DNA of 36,076 nucleotides from a virus: positions 1-36,076 of IMG/VR virus record IMGVR_UViG_3300032236_001771; one strand, written 5' to 3'. Shown piece by piece: positions 1-7,500 of this stretch. Position 1 is the first letter of the stretch. Each line of letters starts with the position of its first letter. A model generated the notes under the pieces. The model saw nothing but the letters and a program-made list of their open reading frames with translations, made no database searches and had not been told where the DNA came from. The translations under genes and the position numbers were made by a program.

Positions 1-110
1 AGTGCTTCCGATAGTGTTAGCGAAGGTCTCTAAAGGTACGGATATTTGTGGGTCTTGGCCCGAAACAATTCGTAACATCAGAATACTTTATACAATAATT
101 TTTGATAATA

Positions 111-206
111 CGATATAGATTTTGTTTTAATTTCCGATATAATTTAGGACTGAGATTACGATATAATTTACGACTGAAAAATTGATATAATTTCTGACAT
201 AATTTT
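111..206. repeat. Degenerate tandem array, 4 units of 24 bp, each starting YGATAT
   Basis: Units begin at 111 (cgatatagattttgttttaatttc), 135 (cgatataatttaggactgagatta), 159 (cgatataatttacgactgaaaaat) and 183 (tgatataatttctgacataatttt). GACTGAAAAATTGAT also occurs at both 172-186 and 228-242. Confidence 0.8.
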
Positions 207-310
207 AATAACACTCAAATATACTCAGACTGAAAAATTGATTAAATTAATGTATTTTTATTTGATATTTACTAGGAAATAGAATAGGATTTAGATTTCG
301 CCTGAGATTT

Positions 311-419
311 TGATAGAAATAATGTAGCACTGATTAATAGTTTATACTTTGATAGATTTTGATAAGAATAATGTAGCACTGATTGATAAGAATAATGTAG
401 CACTGTTTTATAGTTTATA
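311..419. repeat. Direct repeat array with core AATAATGTAGCACTG x3
   Basis: Identical 15-mer at 318-332, 367-381 and 391-405 (spacing 49 and 24 bp). TGATAAGAATAATGTAGCACTG is repeated in tandem at 360 and 384. Segments 318-346 and 391-419 match at 27/29 positions. Confidence 0.9.
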
Positions 420-487
420 GTTAATCCAGCAAGATATCCAGAGACTAACCGACCCAAACGATCCCCCATAGGTTCGGTTTTCCTACC

Positions 488-518
488 CTCTGGTGTTCGG
501 TTAACCGTACTCTGGTGT
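488..518. promoter_or_regulatory. Candidate operator immediately upstream of an early promoter
   Basis: Perfect palindrome CGGTTAACCG (498-507) flanked by direct repeats CTCTGGTGT (488-496, 510-518), ending 2 bp before the -35 box. Confidence 0.45.
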
Positions 519-520
519 GG

Positions 521-549
521 TTGGCAGGGCCTATGGGTCGTGGTATTGT
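521..549 (+). promoter_or_regulatory. Sigma70-type early promoter with extended -10
   Basis: TTGGCA (521-526), 17-bp spacer, TATTGT (544-549) preceded by TG at 541-542; 30 bp upstream of ATG 579. Confidence 0.6.
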
Positions 550-578
550 TTCAGGGTCAACCACAGACACCTAAGCCA

Positions 579-893
579 ATGCGAAAAATTGAGTCCGCCA
601 TGATTGCCGCCATCAAGGCCGGCAAAGACTGGCGCCATGCTAACACAGCCACAGAAAAGGCAGGCGATGCCGTGATTGTTCGCTTGCATGGCAACAAAAT
701 AGCAGAAATTGGTGACAACTTTGTTCGGCTCTTTGATGGTGGCTGGCGATCGGTCACCACAAAATCTAGACTAAATGCCATTTTGGCCAAGTTTGGTCTG
801 CCAGGGGAAGGAGTTTATCAGAAGGCTGGCGTTTGGTATGTTAACCAAGCTGGCGGCCCTATTCCCTTTTTCTCGGGGATGTGTCTCAACTGA
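579..893 (+). CDS. Small early hypothetical protein (104 aa) of a type recalled from cyanomyovirus early regions
   Basis: MRKIESAM...VRLHGNKIAEI...LFDGGWRSVTTKSRLNAIL. The ATG at 579 is preferred to the GTG at 540 because 540 lies inside the promoter. Confidence 0.85.
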   Translation: MRKIESAMIAAIKAGKDWRHANTATEKAGDAVIVRLHGNKIAEIGDNFVRLFDGGWRSVTTKSRLNAILAKFGLPGEGVYQKAGVWYVNQAGGPIPFFSGMCLN

Positions 894-944
894 TCAACAC
901 CAAACTCTGGCCCCCTTTCTTCTCACTTTATCCCATCTTCTCCA

Positions 945-1199
945 ATGATCTACAAAGCCCCCCTATTGTCTGCCGATGGCGGTATTGATTCTGAAATATT
1001 CAGACTGCTAACCGATGCCCAAGTGGCCAGGCTTGCCACTTGGAGTATCACAGAAGCCAAACCAGTCTTAGAGCTTTTACAGTCTGCCCGATTCATGGCT
1101 GAACAGGTGGGCGATAGCCACATGCTCAACCTATTAGGGACCCTTCCCCATTGTGGTCTATATGGTTGCCTAGACCCATACGGCCACTGTCATACCTGA
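945..1199 (+). CDS. Hypothetical protein (84 aa) with a Cys/His-rich C-terminus
   Basis: ATG-started ORF co-oriented with the upstream gene in the GC-rich island; pyrimidine-rich leader; ends HCGLYGCLDPYGHCHT. Confidence 0.7.
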   Translation: MIYKAPLLSADGGIDSEIFRLLTDAQVARLATWSITEAKPVLELLQSARFMAEQVGDSHMLNLLGTLPHCGLYGCLDPYGHCHT

Positions 1200-1211
1200 G
1201 CCCCTTTGTCA

Positions 1212-1248
1212 ATCCCTGACTGATAGAGAATGCTGATCAGTCAGGGAT
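1212..1248. repeat. Inverted repeat / hairpin 1 (13-bp perfect stem, 11-nt loop)
   Basis: ATCCCTGACTGAT (1212-1224) pairs with ATCAGTCAGGGAT (1236-1248). Confidence 0.9.
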
Positions 1249-1252
1249 CCCT

Positions 1253-1288
1253 CCCATCAGCACTGCTGATATTAGCAGTGCTGATGGG
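1253..1288. repeat. Inverted repeat / hairpin 2 (15-bp perfect stem, near-perfect 36-bp palindrome)
   Basis: CCCATCAGCACTGCT (1253-1267) pairs with AGCAGTGCTGATGGG (1274-1288); centre GATATT. Confidence 0.9.
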
Positions 1289-1400
1289 TTCAGGGGGGGT
1301 GGTTTTGGGTCCCATTAGGCTACAAAAGTATGCGGTATCGCCAGTATTTGATTCCTTCAAATAAAAAAAAATTTCCGTCAAAAAATTTCGGCCCAACCCC

Positions 1401-1429
1401 TTGACAGATCAAAGGGGATGCTATATACT
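1401..1429 (+). promoter_or_regulatory. Sigma70-type promoter with upstream A-tracts
   Basis: TTGACA (1401-1406), 17 bp, TATACT (1424-1429). A/T tracts at 1359-1388 resemble an UP element. A CCCCTT/AAGGGG inverted repeat (1397-1417) overlaps the -35 box. Confidence 0.85.
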
Positions 1430-1457
1430 GAGAGAGTACTTCATGAATACCCAAATT

Positions 1458-1586
1458 ATGGCAAAGAGAGTATCTGGTGGATCCCATTCTGGTAAAACTA
1501 AAAAGAATGGTGGTATGGATATGAGGTATGCTAAAGGTACTGCGCGTACTTTCAAACAACAATCTGGTGCTAAGAAAAAGAAATGA
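1458..1586 (+). CDS. Small very basic protein (42 aa)
   Basis: MAKRVSGGSHSGKTKKNGGMDMRYAKGTARTFKQQSGAKKKK: 13 K/R versus 1 acidic residue. It lies downstream of the 1401 promoter and its stop overlaps the next ATG (ATGA). The track's start at 1401 is the -35 box; ATG 1443 is an alternative start. Confidence 0.7.
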   Translation: MAKRVSGGSHSGKTKKNGGMDMRYAKGTARTFKQQSGAKKKK

Positions 1587-1777
1587 TTGAATCAATTGAG
1601 GAGAGAGTATCTAAGTTGGAGTTTAAGTTAAAGCATATGCAATTGATGTATAAAAGACCTGGGGATGAAGTTCATGAGAATATTACAAAAGTATTGGATG
1701 ATATATTCAATAAGTTAAAGTATATTGAGAGGAGATTATTAAGTTTAGAAAATACTAATTTTAGTGTTGACAAATGA
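1583..1777 (+). CDS. Small coiled-coil hypothetical protein (64 aa)
   Basis: Heptad pattern IEERVSKLEFKLK ... LKYIERRLLSLE around an LMYKRPG motif; coupled to the upstream ORF. Confidence 0.8.
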   Translation: MIESIEERVSKLEFKLKHMQLMYKRPGDEVHENITKVLDDIFNKLKYIERRLLSLENTNFSVDK

Positions 1778-1795
1778 TTTAAAATATTGTATAAT
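1767..1795 (+). promoter_or_regulatory. Perfect consensus sigma70 promoter
   Basis: TTGACA (1767-1772), 17 bp, TATAAT (1790-1795). Confidence 0.85.
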
Positions 1796-1822
1796 AGTAA
1801 AATGTAATTGGAGATTAATTAA

Positions 1823-1963
1823 ATGTCAAAGAGACCTTCATTAAGTGGTGGGAAGACAATTGAATCAAAGCCTAAAATAACTCGTCAAGGGAGATCTAAT
1901 AATACTAAGATAAGTGCTAGTAGTAGAAATGGTAAGAGAAAAAAATATAGAGGACAAGGTTAA
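1823..1963 (+). CDS. Small very basic protein (46 aa) ending KKYRGQG; not in the ORF track
   Basis: GGAG at 1810-1813, then MSKRPSLSGGKTIESKPKITRQGRSNNTKISASSRNGKRKKYRGQG-TAA. It sits between a consensus promoter and a terminator. The TRQG...SRN...YRGQG pattern is recalled from small cyanomyovirus genes upstream of gp25. Confidence 0.85.
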   Translation: MSKRPSLSGGKTIESKPKITRQGRSNNTKISASSRNGKRKKYRGQG

Positions 1964-1968
1964 TGTAT

Positions 1969-1993
1969 AAGGAGGTTAATAGCCTCCTTTTTT
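1969..1993 (+). terminator. Intrinsic terminator
   Basis: AAGGAGGT-TAATA-GCCTCCTT stem-loop with T6 at 1988-1993, 5 nt after the stop codon at 1963. Confidence 0.85.
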
Positions 1994-1996
1994 AGT

Positions 1997-2004
1997 AATA
2001 AATA
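1997..2004 (+). promoter_or_regulatory. T4-type (gp55) late promoter
   Basis: AATAAATA, intergenic, immediately after the terminator; one mismatch to the T4 late consensus TATAAATA. Confidence 0.65.
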
Positions 2005-2010
2005 ATTTAT

Positions 2011-2064
2011 GGAGATAGAAACCTCCTCTATAAAAGTTCTAATTTTATAGAGTTTTTTAGGAGG
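2011..2064 (+). ncRNA. Candidate structured 5' leader RNA (switch/pseudoknot-like)
   Basis: GGAG/CTCC stem (2011-14 with 2023-26); CTCTATAAAA/TTTTATAGAG stem (2026-35 with 2043-52); TAGAA (2016-20) complementary to TTCTA (2037-41); CCTCCT (2022-27) complementary to the SD AGGAGG (2059-64). Confidence 0.5.
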
Positions 2065-2069
2065 AATTT

Positions 2070-2222
2070 ATGAGTCCCGATAGAAATATTGAGATGATGA
2101 AGAAAGATTTTGGTACGGTATGTTTAATTACTGATTACAAATCAATAGAAATGATTAGATTGAAGGAAAGAAAAGAGAGAAATAAAGAAAGAATGGAAGC
2201 AGGTGATGCTTGGACGATATAA
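2070..2222 (+). CDS. Small hypothetical protein (50 aa); not in the ORF track
   Basis: Strong SD AGGAGG 5 nt before the ATG; MSPDRNIEMMKKDFGTVCLITDYKSIEMIRLKERKERNKERMEAGDAWTI-TAA; fills the gap before gp25. Confidence 0.8.
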   Translation: MSPDRNIEMMKKDFGTVCLITDYKSIEMIRLKERKERNKERMEAGDAWTI

Positions 2223-2225
2223 ATA
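2218..2225 (+). promoter_or_regulatory. T4-type late promoter for gp25-gp6
   Basis: Exact TATAAATA ending 21 bp before the gp25 ATG. Confidence 0.75.
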
Positions 2226-2246
2226 ATGAAAAAAGTGTTAGGATAG

Positions 2247-2642
2247 ATGGCAATTGTATCAAAAACTTTTATAGATTTTGGATTGTCATTACAGAGAAAT
2301 CCATTTTCAAATGATTTACAAATAATAAAAAATGAAGTTGCAATTAAACAGTCTTTATTTACATTAATTAAGACAAGTATCTATGAAAGACCTTTTAATC
2401 CATTAATTGGTTCAAGATTGCATAAGTTATTATTTGAAAATTTTGATAGCGGAATTGGTTCTGATATTGAAGATGAGATAAAAATATTAGTATCAAATTA
2501 TGAACCAAGAGTTATAATTAATTCAATTGATAGTTCTGATGATAGTGATAATAATGCATTAAATATTACGATTAATTACAGTATTATTGGGCAACCATTA
2601 AACCCACAATCATTAAATGTACTTTTAGAAAGAAGCTTCTGA
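2247..2642 (+). CDS. gp25: Baseplate wedge subunit gp25
   Basis: 131 aa with AIKQSL..LI.T..YERPFNP.IGS.L..LLFE ... NYEPRV, typical of GPW_gp25 proteins; directly precedes gp6. Confidence 0.93.
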   Translation: MAIVSKTFIDFGLSLQRNPFSNDLQIIKNEVAIKQSLFTLIKTSIYERPFNPLIGSRLHKLLFENFDSGIGSDIEDEIKILVSNYEPRVIINSIDSSDDSDNNALNITINYSIIGQPLNPQSLNVLLERSF

Positions 2643-4525
2643 TGGCCTTCAATCAATTAACCGCTTTAGATTTCAATGATATTAAGGCTTCTATTAGAGA
2701 TTATTTAAAATCTTCTGATATTTTCACGGATTATAATTTTGAAGGTTCTGCTTTATCAAATTTAGTTGATATTTTAGCTTATAATACTTATTATACTGCA
2801 TTTAATAGTAATTTAATTGTCAATGAAGCATATCTTGACAGTGCAATTTTGCGAGAAAACGTTGTAAGATTAGCAAAATTATTAAATTATACACCAAAAT
2901 CAGCTACAGCATCGCAAGCAATTGTTAATATTAGTGTACAATTACCAATAAGTAATAATTATCCTGATACTTTAACATTAAAAGCTGGAATTGTATTTAA
3001 TTCTTATAATGAAAATGGAAATTTTAATTTTTCAATTCCAAATGATGTTGTAGTTTCTGTAAATAAATCTACAGGAAGTGCTGTATTTTCAAATTTAGTA
3101 ATTTATGAAGGAAATTTAGTATCAACAAGATATACTGTAGATACAAGTTCGTTACAAAAGTATATTATTCCAAATTCAAATGTAGATACTAACACATTAT
3201 TTGTTAAAATATTTCCAAATCCCCAATCAAATACAGCAGATTTGTATTTAAAAGTTGATAATTTTTTAAATTTGACTAAAGATAGCAAAGTATATTTTTT
3301 ACAAGAAATAGAAGATCAAAAATACGAATTAATTTTTGGGGATAATGTATTTGGAAAACAATTAACAAACAATAATGTTATTCAAATGCAATTTATTGTA
3401 TGTAATGGAGCACTTGGAAATAATTGTAGTAATTTTAGTGGGAGTTTTATTGGAAAAATTGTTGATAATTTAAATAATAATATTATAAGTGGTATTAGTA
3501 TTACAAATATTCAACCATCTTTAGGCGGTGGAGATATTGAAAGTATAGATTCTATTAAATTTTATGCTCCAAGATATTTTCAAGCTCAAAGTAGGGCAGT
3601 AACTACAAAAGATTATGAAGCATTAATACCTTTAATTTATGCAAATGTAGATTCTGTTGCAATTTATGGTGGAGAAGATGATTTACCGCCACAATTTGGG
3701 GTAGTTAATTTAGTAATTAAACCAAAAGTTGGATTAAAATTATCAGATGCTGAAAAATTAAAATTAAAAAAGATTTTATCGGATTATTCTGTAGGTTCTA
3801 TTGTTCCACAAATAAAAGATCCATCTATTATTTACATTGGTGTTGATAGCACTGTTTATTATAATGGATTATTAACAACAAAAACACCAGATCAATTAAA
3901 AAATGATGTAATTTCTACAATTGTAAATTTAAATACAAGTAAAGATTTTAATAAATTTGGTGGCAAATTTAAATATAGTAAATTATTATCATTAATTGAT
4001 AATACAAATAATTCTATAACATCAAATATTACAAAAATAAAATTAAAAAAACTATTATTAGTTAATCCTAATATAACAACATCATATAGAACTTGTTTTT
4101 CAAATGCAATTGCAAATTTTACAGGAGCAAATTCTATATCAAGTAGTGGATTTAAATTATTAAATCAAGATCAAACAAAAATATTTTATTTTGAAGATGA
4201 TACTAAAGGAAAAATAAAAATATTTTGGTATGATCAACAAAATGTTAAAAATTATCTTCCAAATAATAATGTAAAAGGAAATTATGGATCAGTTAATTAT
4301 AGTACTGGTGAAGTCATTATAGATCCTATTGTTATCACTTCTGTTATAAATACCAACAGCACAGTTAGTTTATATGTAATACCTGATTCCAATGATGTTG
4401 TTTCTTTGAGAGATACATATTTAACTATTGATACTGACGGATTAAATATTTCTATTATAGAAGATTTAATTTCTGAAGGAAGAACATCCTCCGGTATAAG
4501 TGTAATTCCAGCTTCCAACTATTAA
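2642..4525 (+). CDS. gp6: Baseplate wedge subunit gp6
   Basis: LDFNDIK..., FTDYNFEGSALS.LVDILAYNTYY, EAYLDSA.LRENVV, YELIFGD, ESIDSIKFYAPR..AQSRAVT..DYE; TGATG coupling to gp25. Confidence 0.95.
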   Translation: MAFNQLTALDFNDIKASIRDYLKSSDIFTDYNFEGSALSNLVDILAYNTYYTAFNSNLIVNEAYLDSAILRENVVRLAKLLNYTPKSATASQAIVNISVQLPISNNYPDTLTLKAGIVFNSYNENGNFNFSIPNDVVVSVNKSTGSAVFSNLVIYEGNLVSTRYTVDTSSLQKYIIPNSNVDTNTLFVKIFPNPQSNTADLYLKVDNFLNLTKDSKVYFLQEIEDQKYELIFGDNVFGKQLTNNNVIQMQFIVCNGALGNNCSNFSGSFIGKIVDNLNNNIISGISITNIQPSLGGGDIESIDSIKFYAPRYFQAQSRAVTTKDYEALIPLIYANVDSVAIYGGEDDLPPQFGVVNLVIKPKVGLKLSDAEKLKLKKILSDYSVGSIVPQIKDPSIIYIGVDSTVYYNGLLTTKTPDQLKNDVISTIVNLNTSKDFNKFGGKFKYSKLLSLIDNTNNSITSNITKIKLKKLLLVNPNITTSYRTCFSNAIANFTGANSISSSGFKLLNQDQTKIFYFEDDTKGKIKIFWYDQQNVKNYLPNNNVKGNYGSVNYSTGEVIIDPIVITSVINTNSTVSLYVIPDSNDVVSLRDTYLTIDTDGLNISIIEDLISEGRTSSGISVIPASNY

Positions 4526-4535
4526 TTACTAAAAA

Positions 4536-7500
4536 ATGTCAGATATCAACAGAATTCCATTAATTTTTGATAGTAACGCAAATATAATTGAAGAAATTCC
4601 TTTAGGGGATACTATTAAAAGTGATGTTATTCCTCAAGGAATTCCTTTAGATGGAAGTGTAAGTACAAGTAAAATTGCCAATGGAGTTAGTATTACCTTT
4701 GGTAATGGTACATCTGCTGTTCCATCTATTAGAATTGGTAGTGGAAATAGTATTGTTGGTGTATATAGTCCTGCTCCTGGAAATTTTGCTATTTCTACTG
4801 CTGGATATGAAAGATTTAGAATTGATGAAAACGGAAATATTACAGTAACAAATGGTGGGGCTTTACCCATCATGAATCCAGATTACAATAATAGTAAAGT
4901 TAATACATTATATGTTAATCAGGCAGATCAAAATGCAACAGATGATCCTACAAATGATGGTGGAAGATTAAATAAACCATTTAAAACTATTGAAAGAGCT
5001 TTACTTGAAGCTGCAAAAAGAAGTTATAAATCTGATGTAACTGCAGCCAGATTTGAAGCTTTTACAATTATGGTATTCCCTGGTGAATATGTTATTGACA
5101 ATAGGCCTGGTTTAGTAAGTTTAGATGGAATTGAAACTCAAAATACTTGGAATACTGAAGCATTAATTGAACAAAATATTTACAAATTTAATCCTCCAAC
5201 TGGTGGAGTTATTGTACCTAGAGGAACTTCAATTGTTGGTTATGATTTAAGAAAAACAGTTATTAGACCAAAATTTGTCCCTAATCCACAATATCCTTTT
5301 GGTGATAGTGCTTATGTTGAACCGTATGTTGTTAATGTTGCTGATTATTTAGAAACACAGCGAACAACTTTTCAAACCAGTGCTTATAACTATATTAAAA
5401 ATTTATATCCATCTATTACAAATATTAGTGATATTTGCAAAAGAGACATTGGATATATTGTTGATGCTATTGTTTCTGATTTAAGACAAGGTGGAAATAT
5501 TAATTCATATTCTGCTGGAGAAAGTTATATTTTTAATAGCGGGCTTAGATTTATTACCGGTCCAGATGAAAATACTGCTACTTTAGCTGCATTCAACAAA
5601 GTAAGAGATTTAATGTTGACGGCTATTGATGCTTGGAATAATATTAATAATATTAACATTACTCTTATTAATAATTTAAAGTCTAGAGTAAGTAATGAAT
5701 TATTTGCAGTATTAACAGGAATTATTAGTAATCCAAGTACTTATACTTCATTATATACTAAAATATTTGAAACTGGTAATCAAACTTCTATCTTTAAAGT
5801 TACTGGTGGATGTTATTTTTGGCAGATGACATTTAAAGATGCATTAATGTATAATAATGCTCCTGTCAATACTACTCCAGTATACAATTTTAGTTCTGGA
5901 GTATTTACTACAGATTCAAATGGAAATACTGTTTCTGCTGCAGATCAAGCGGCTTTTTCCCATCATAAAGTAGTATGTTTTTCATATGCTAATCAAACCA
6001 CAGGAACTGGTGGAGAACTTCAAACATATTATTCAAAAATTGATACTTTTGATACAACTATTGATGGTGGAGGATATAGAGAACCAAGACTTGAAGAATA
6101 TCAAATTGTTGGACCAGGAACATCTAGAACTACAATTGATACAGTAAATTCCGCATCTCCGTACATATTTAATAGTTCTTTAAGATCTATTTTTGGTCTT
6201 TGCGGAATGAATGCGGATGGTAATAAAGTTGATCCAACCAGTTTCAAATCAATGGTTGTTGCACAATTTACTGGCATTTCTTTGCAAAGAGATCCAAATG
6301 CATTTTGGCAACCAGCAACTGTAGATGGTGTTCCAACTAATACAACAAATCCAAGTAATTATCCAATTTATGCAGATCCAAATGCAGAATACAAAGTAAA
6401 ATATCGTCATTTCCATATTAAAGCGCAAAATGCAGCATATATTCAGGTTGTATCTGTATTTGCTGTAGGATACGCAGATCAATTTATTACAATTAATGGT
6501 GGTGATATGTCCATCACCAACTCTAACTCAAACTTTGGACAAATTGCATTAAGAGCTGCAGGTAATAGAGTTTCTGCATTTGATACATCAACGTATGGAA
6601 AAATAACGGCGCTAATTCCACCCAAAGGGATTTCTAATGTACCTACTTACACAGAATTTTATAGTATTGACGCTCCAACAACTTGGGCTAATAATAATCA
6701 AACTGGTAGTACTGGAAATCAATTTAGTCAAAATAATTTAAATAATTTTTTAAACGGAATTACAACATTTAAAATTTATCTTGATATTCCTAATATTAAT
6801 ACTTATAATGATATTCCAGAATTAATTGTAGAATCAACAGATTATTATACTGGAGTTATATCAAGAAAAAGATATTTAACCTATGGTGCTAATAATAATT
6901 TAAATCTTTTTAGAGATTACTATGGATTTACTGGAACTTATGATAAAAGCATTGCTATTGTTAATGCTAGTATAGAATCAACCGATGGGGGAACAAATAT
7001 ATATTCAACTCATATTAAATTAATTCCCGAAACTACCGAAGAACAAACAACAGTAAATTATAATTCTGAACGTCAAGGTTATTTTTGGGATGAAAAAAAT
7101 AAAAAAGTTTATATTAAAGTAAATGCAAGTTATTCTGATAGTCAATCATTTTTGAATAATTATATATTTAAAAATACTATATCATCAATATTTACTACTA
7201 CTCAAGTCACAAATCCAGATGGTTCTATTTCAATTGTAAGTGGTGCACAAAATGTTCAACTTCTTGATAATTTTACTGGGTTTCCAAGTAGTTTAACTGT
7301 TGGTTTAATTGTTGATAATAGATCTTCTTCTCCAAATGATTTATTATGGAGAGTTGAGTATAGAATACCTAAAGATAATTTAAAGGATTCAAATGGTAAT
7401 GATGTATTAGCTGTAAAGCCTCCAGAGAAAAGATTTATTATTAAAGGTACTGTTCCTGGATATACTAATAGATTATTTGAAATTTATGATGTACAAGAAG

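Noticed and set aside
1-118. Possible 3' end of an upstream gene or RNA
   Set aside because: Two + frames are open from the window edge (stops ending at 33 and 118), but neither peptide is recognisable; the evidence is insufficient.
111-419. Repeat arrays as a mini-CRISPR array
   Set aside because: Units are tandem or nearly so, with no unique spacers of constant 30-40 bp length, and no cas genes are present in the window.
17-469. Minus-strand ORFs 17..214 and 272..469
   Set aside because: Their repetitive peptides (KLYR, VLHYSYQ) simply mirror the 24-bp DNA repeats. They are opposite to every credible gene and have no clear RBS.
745-753. HIP1-like GGCGATCGG in the GC-rich island
   Set aside because: It is not the full GCGATCGC octamer, and a single near-match inside a CDS is uninformative.
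1431-1612. AGAGAGTA three times (1431, 1465, 1602)
   Set aside because: Two copies encode the same R-V-S codons in a purine-rich region, so chance or codon bias is sufficient.
4345-4352. TATAAATA inside gp6 as an internal late promoter for the fibre gene
   Set aside because: At this AT content several chance copies are expected per window, and this one lies inside a CDS about 185 bp from the start codon.
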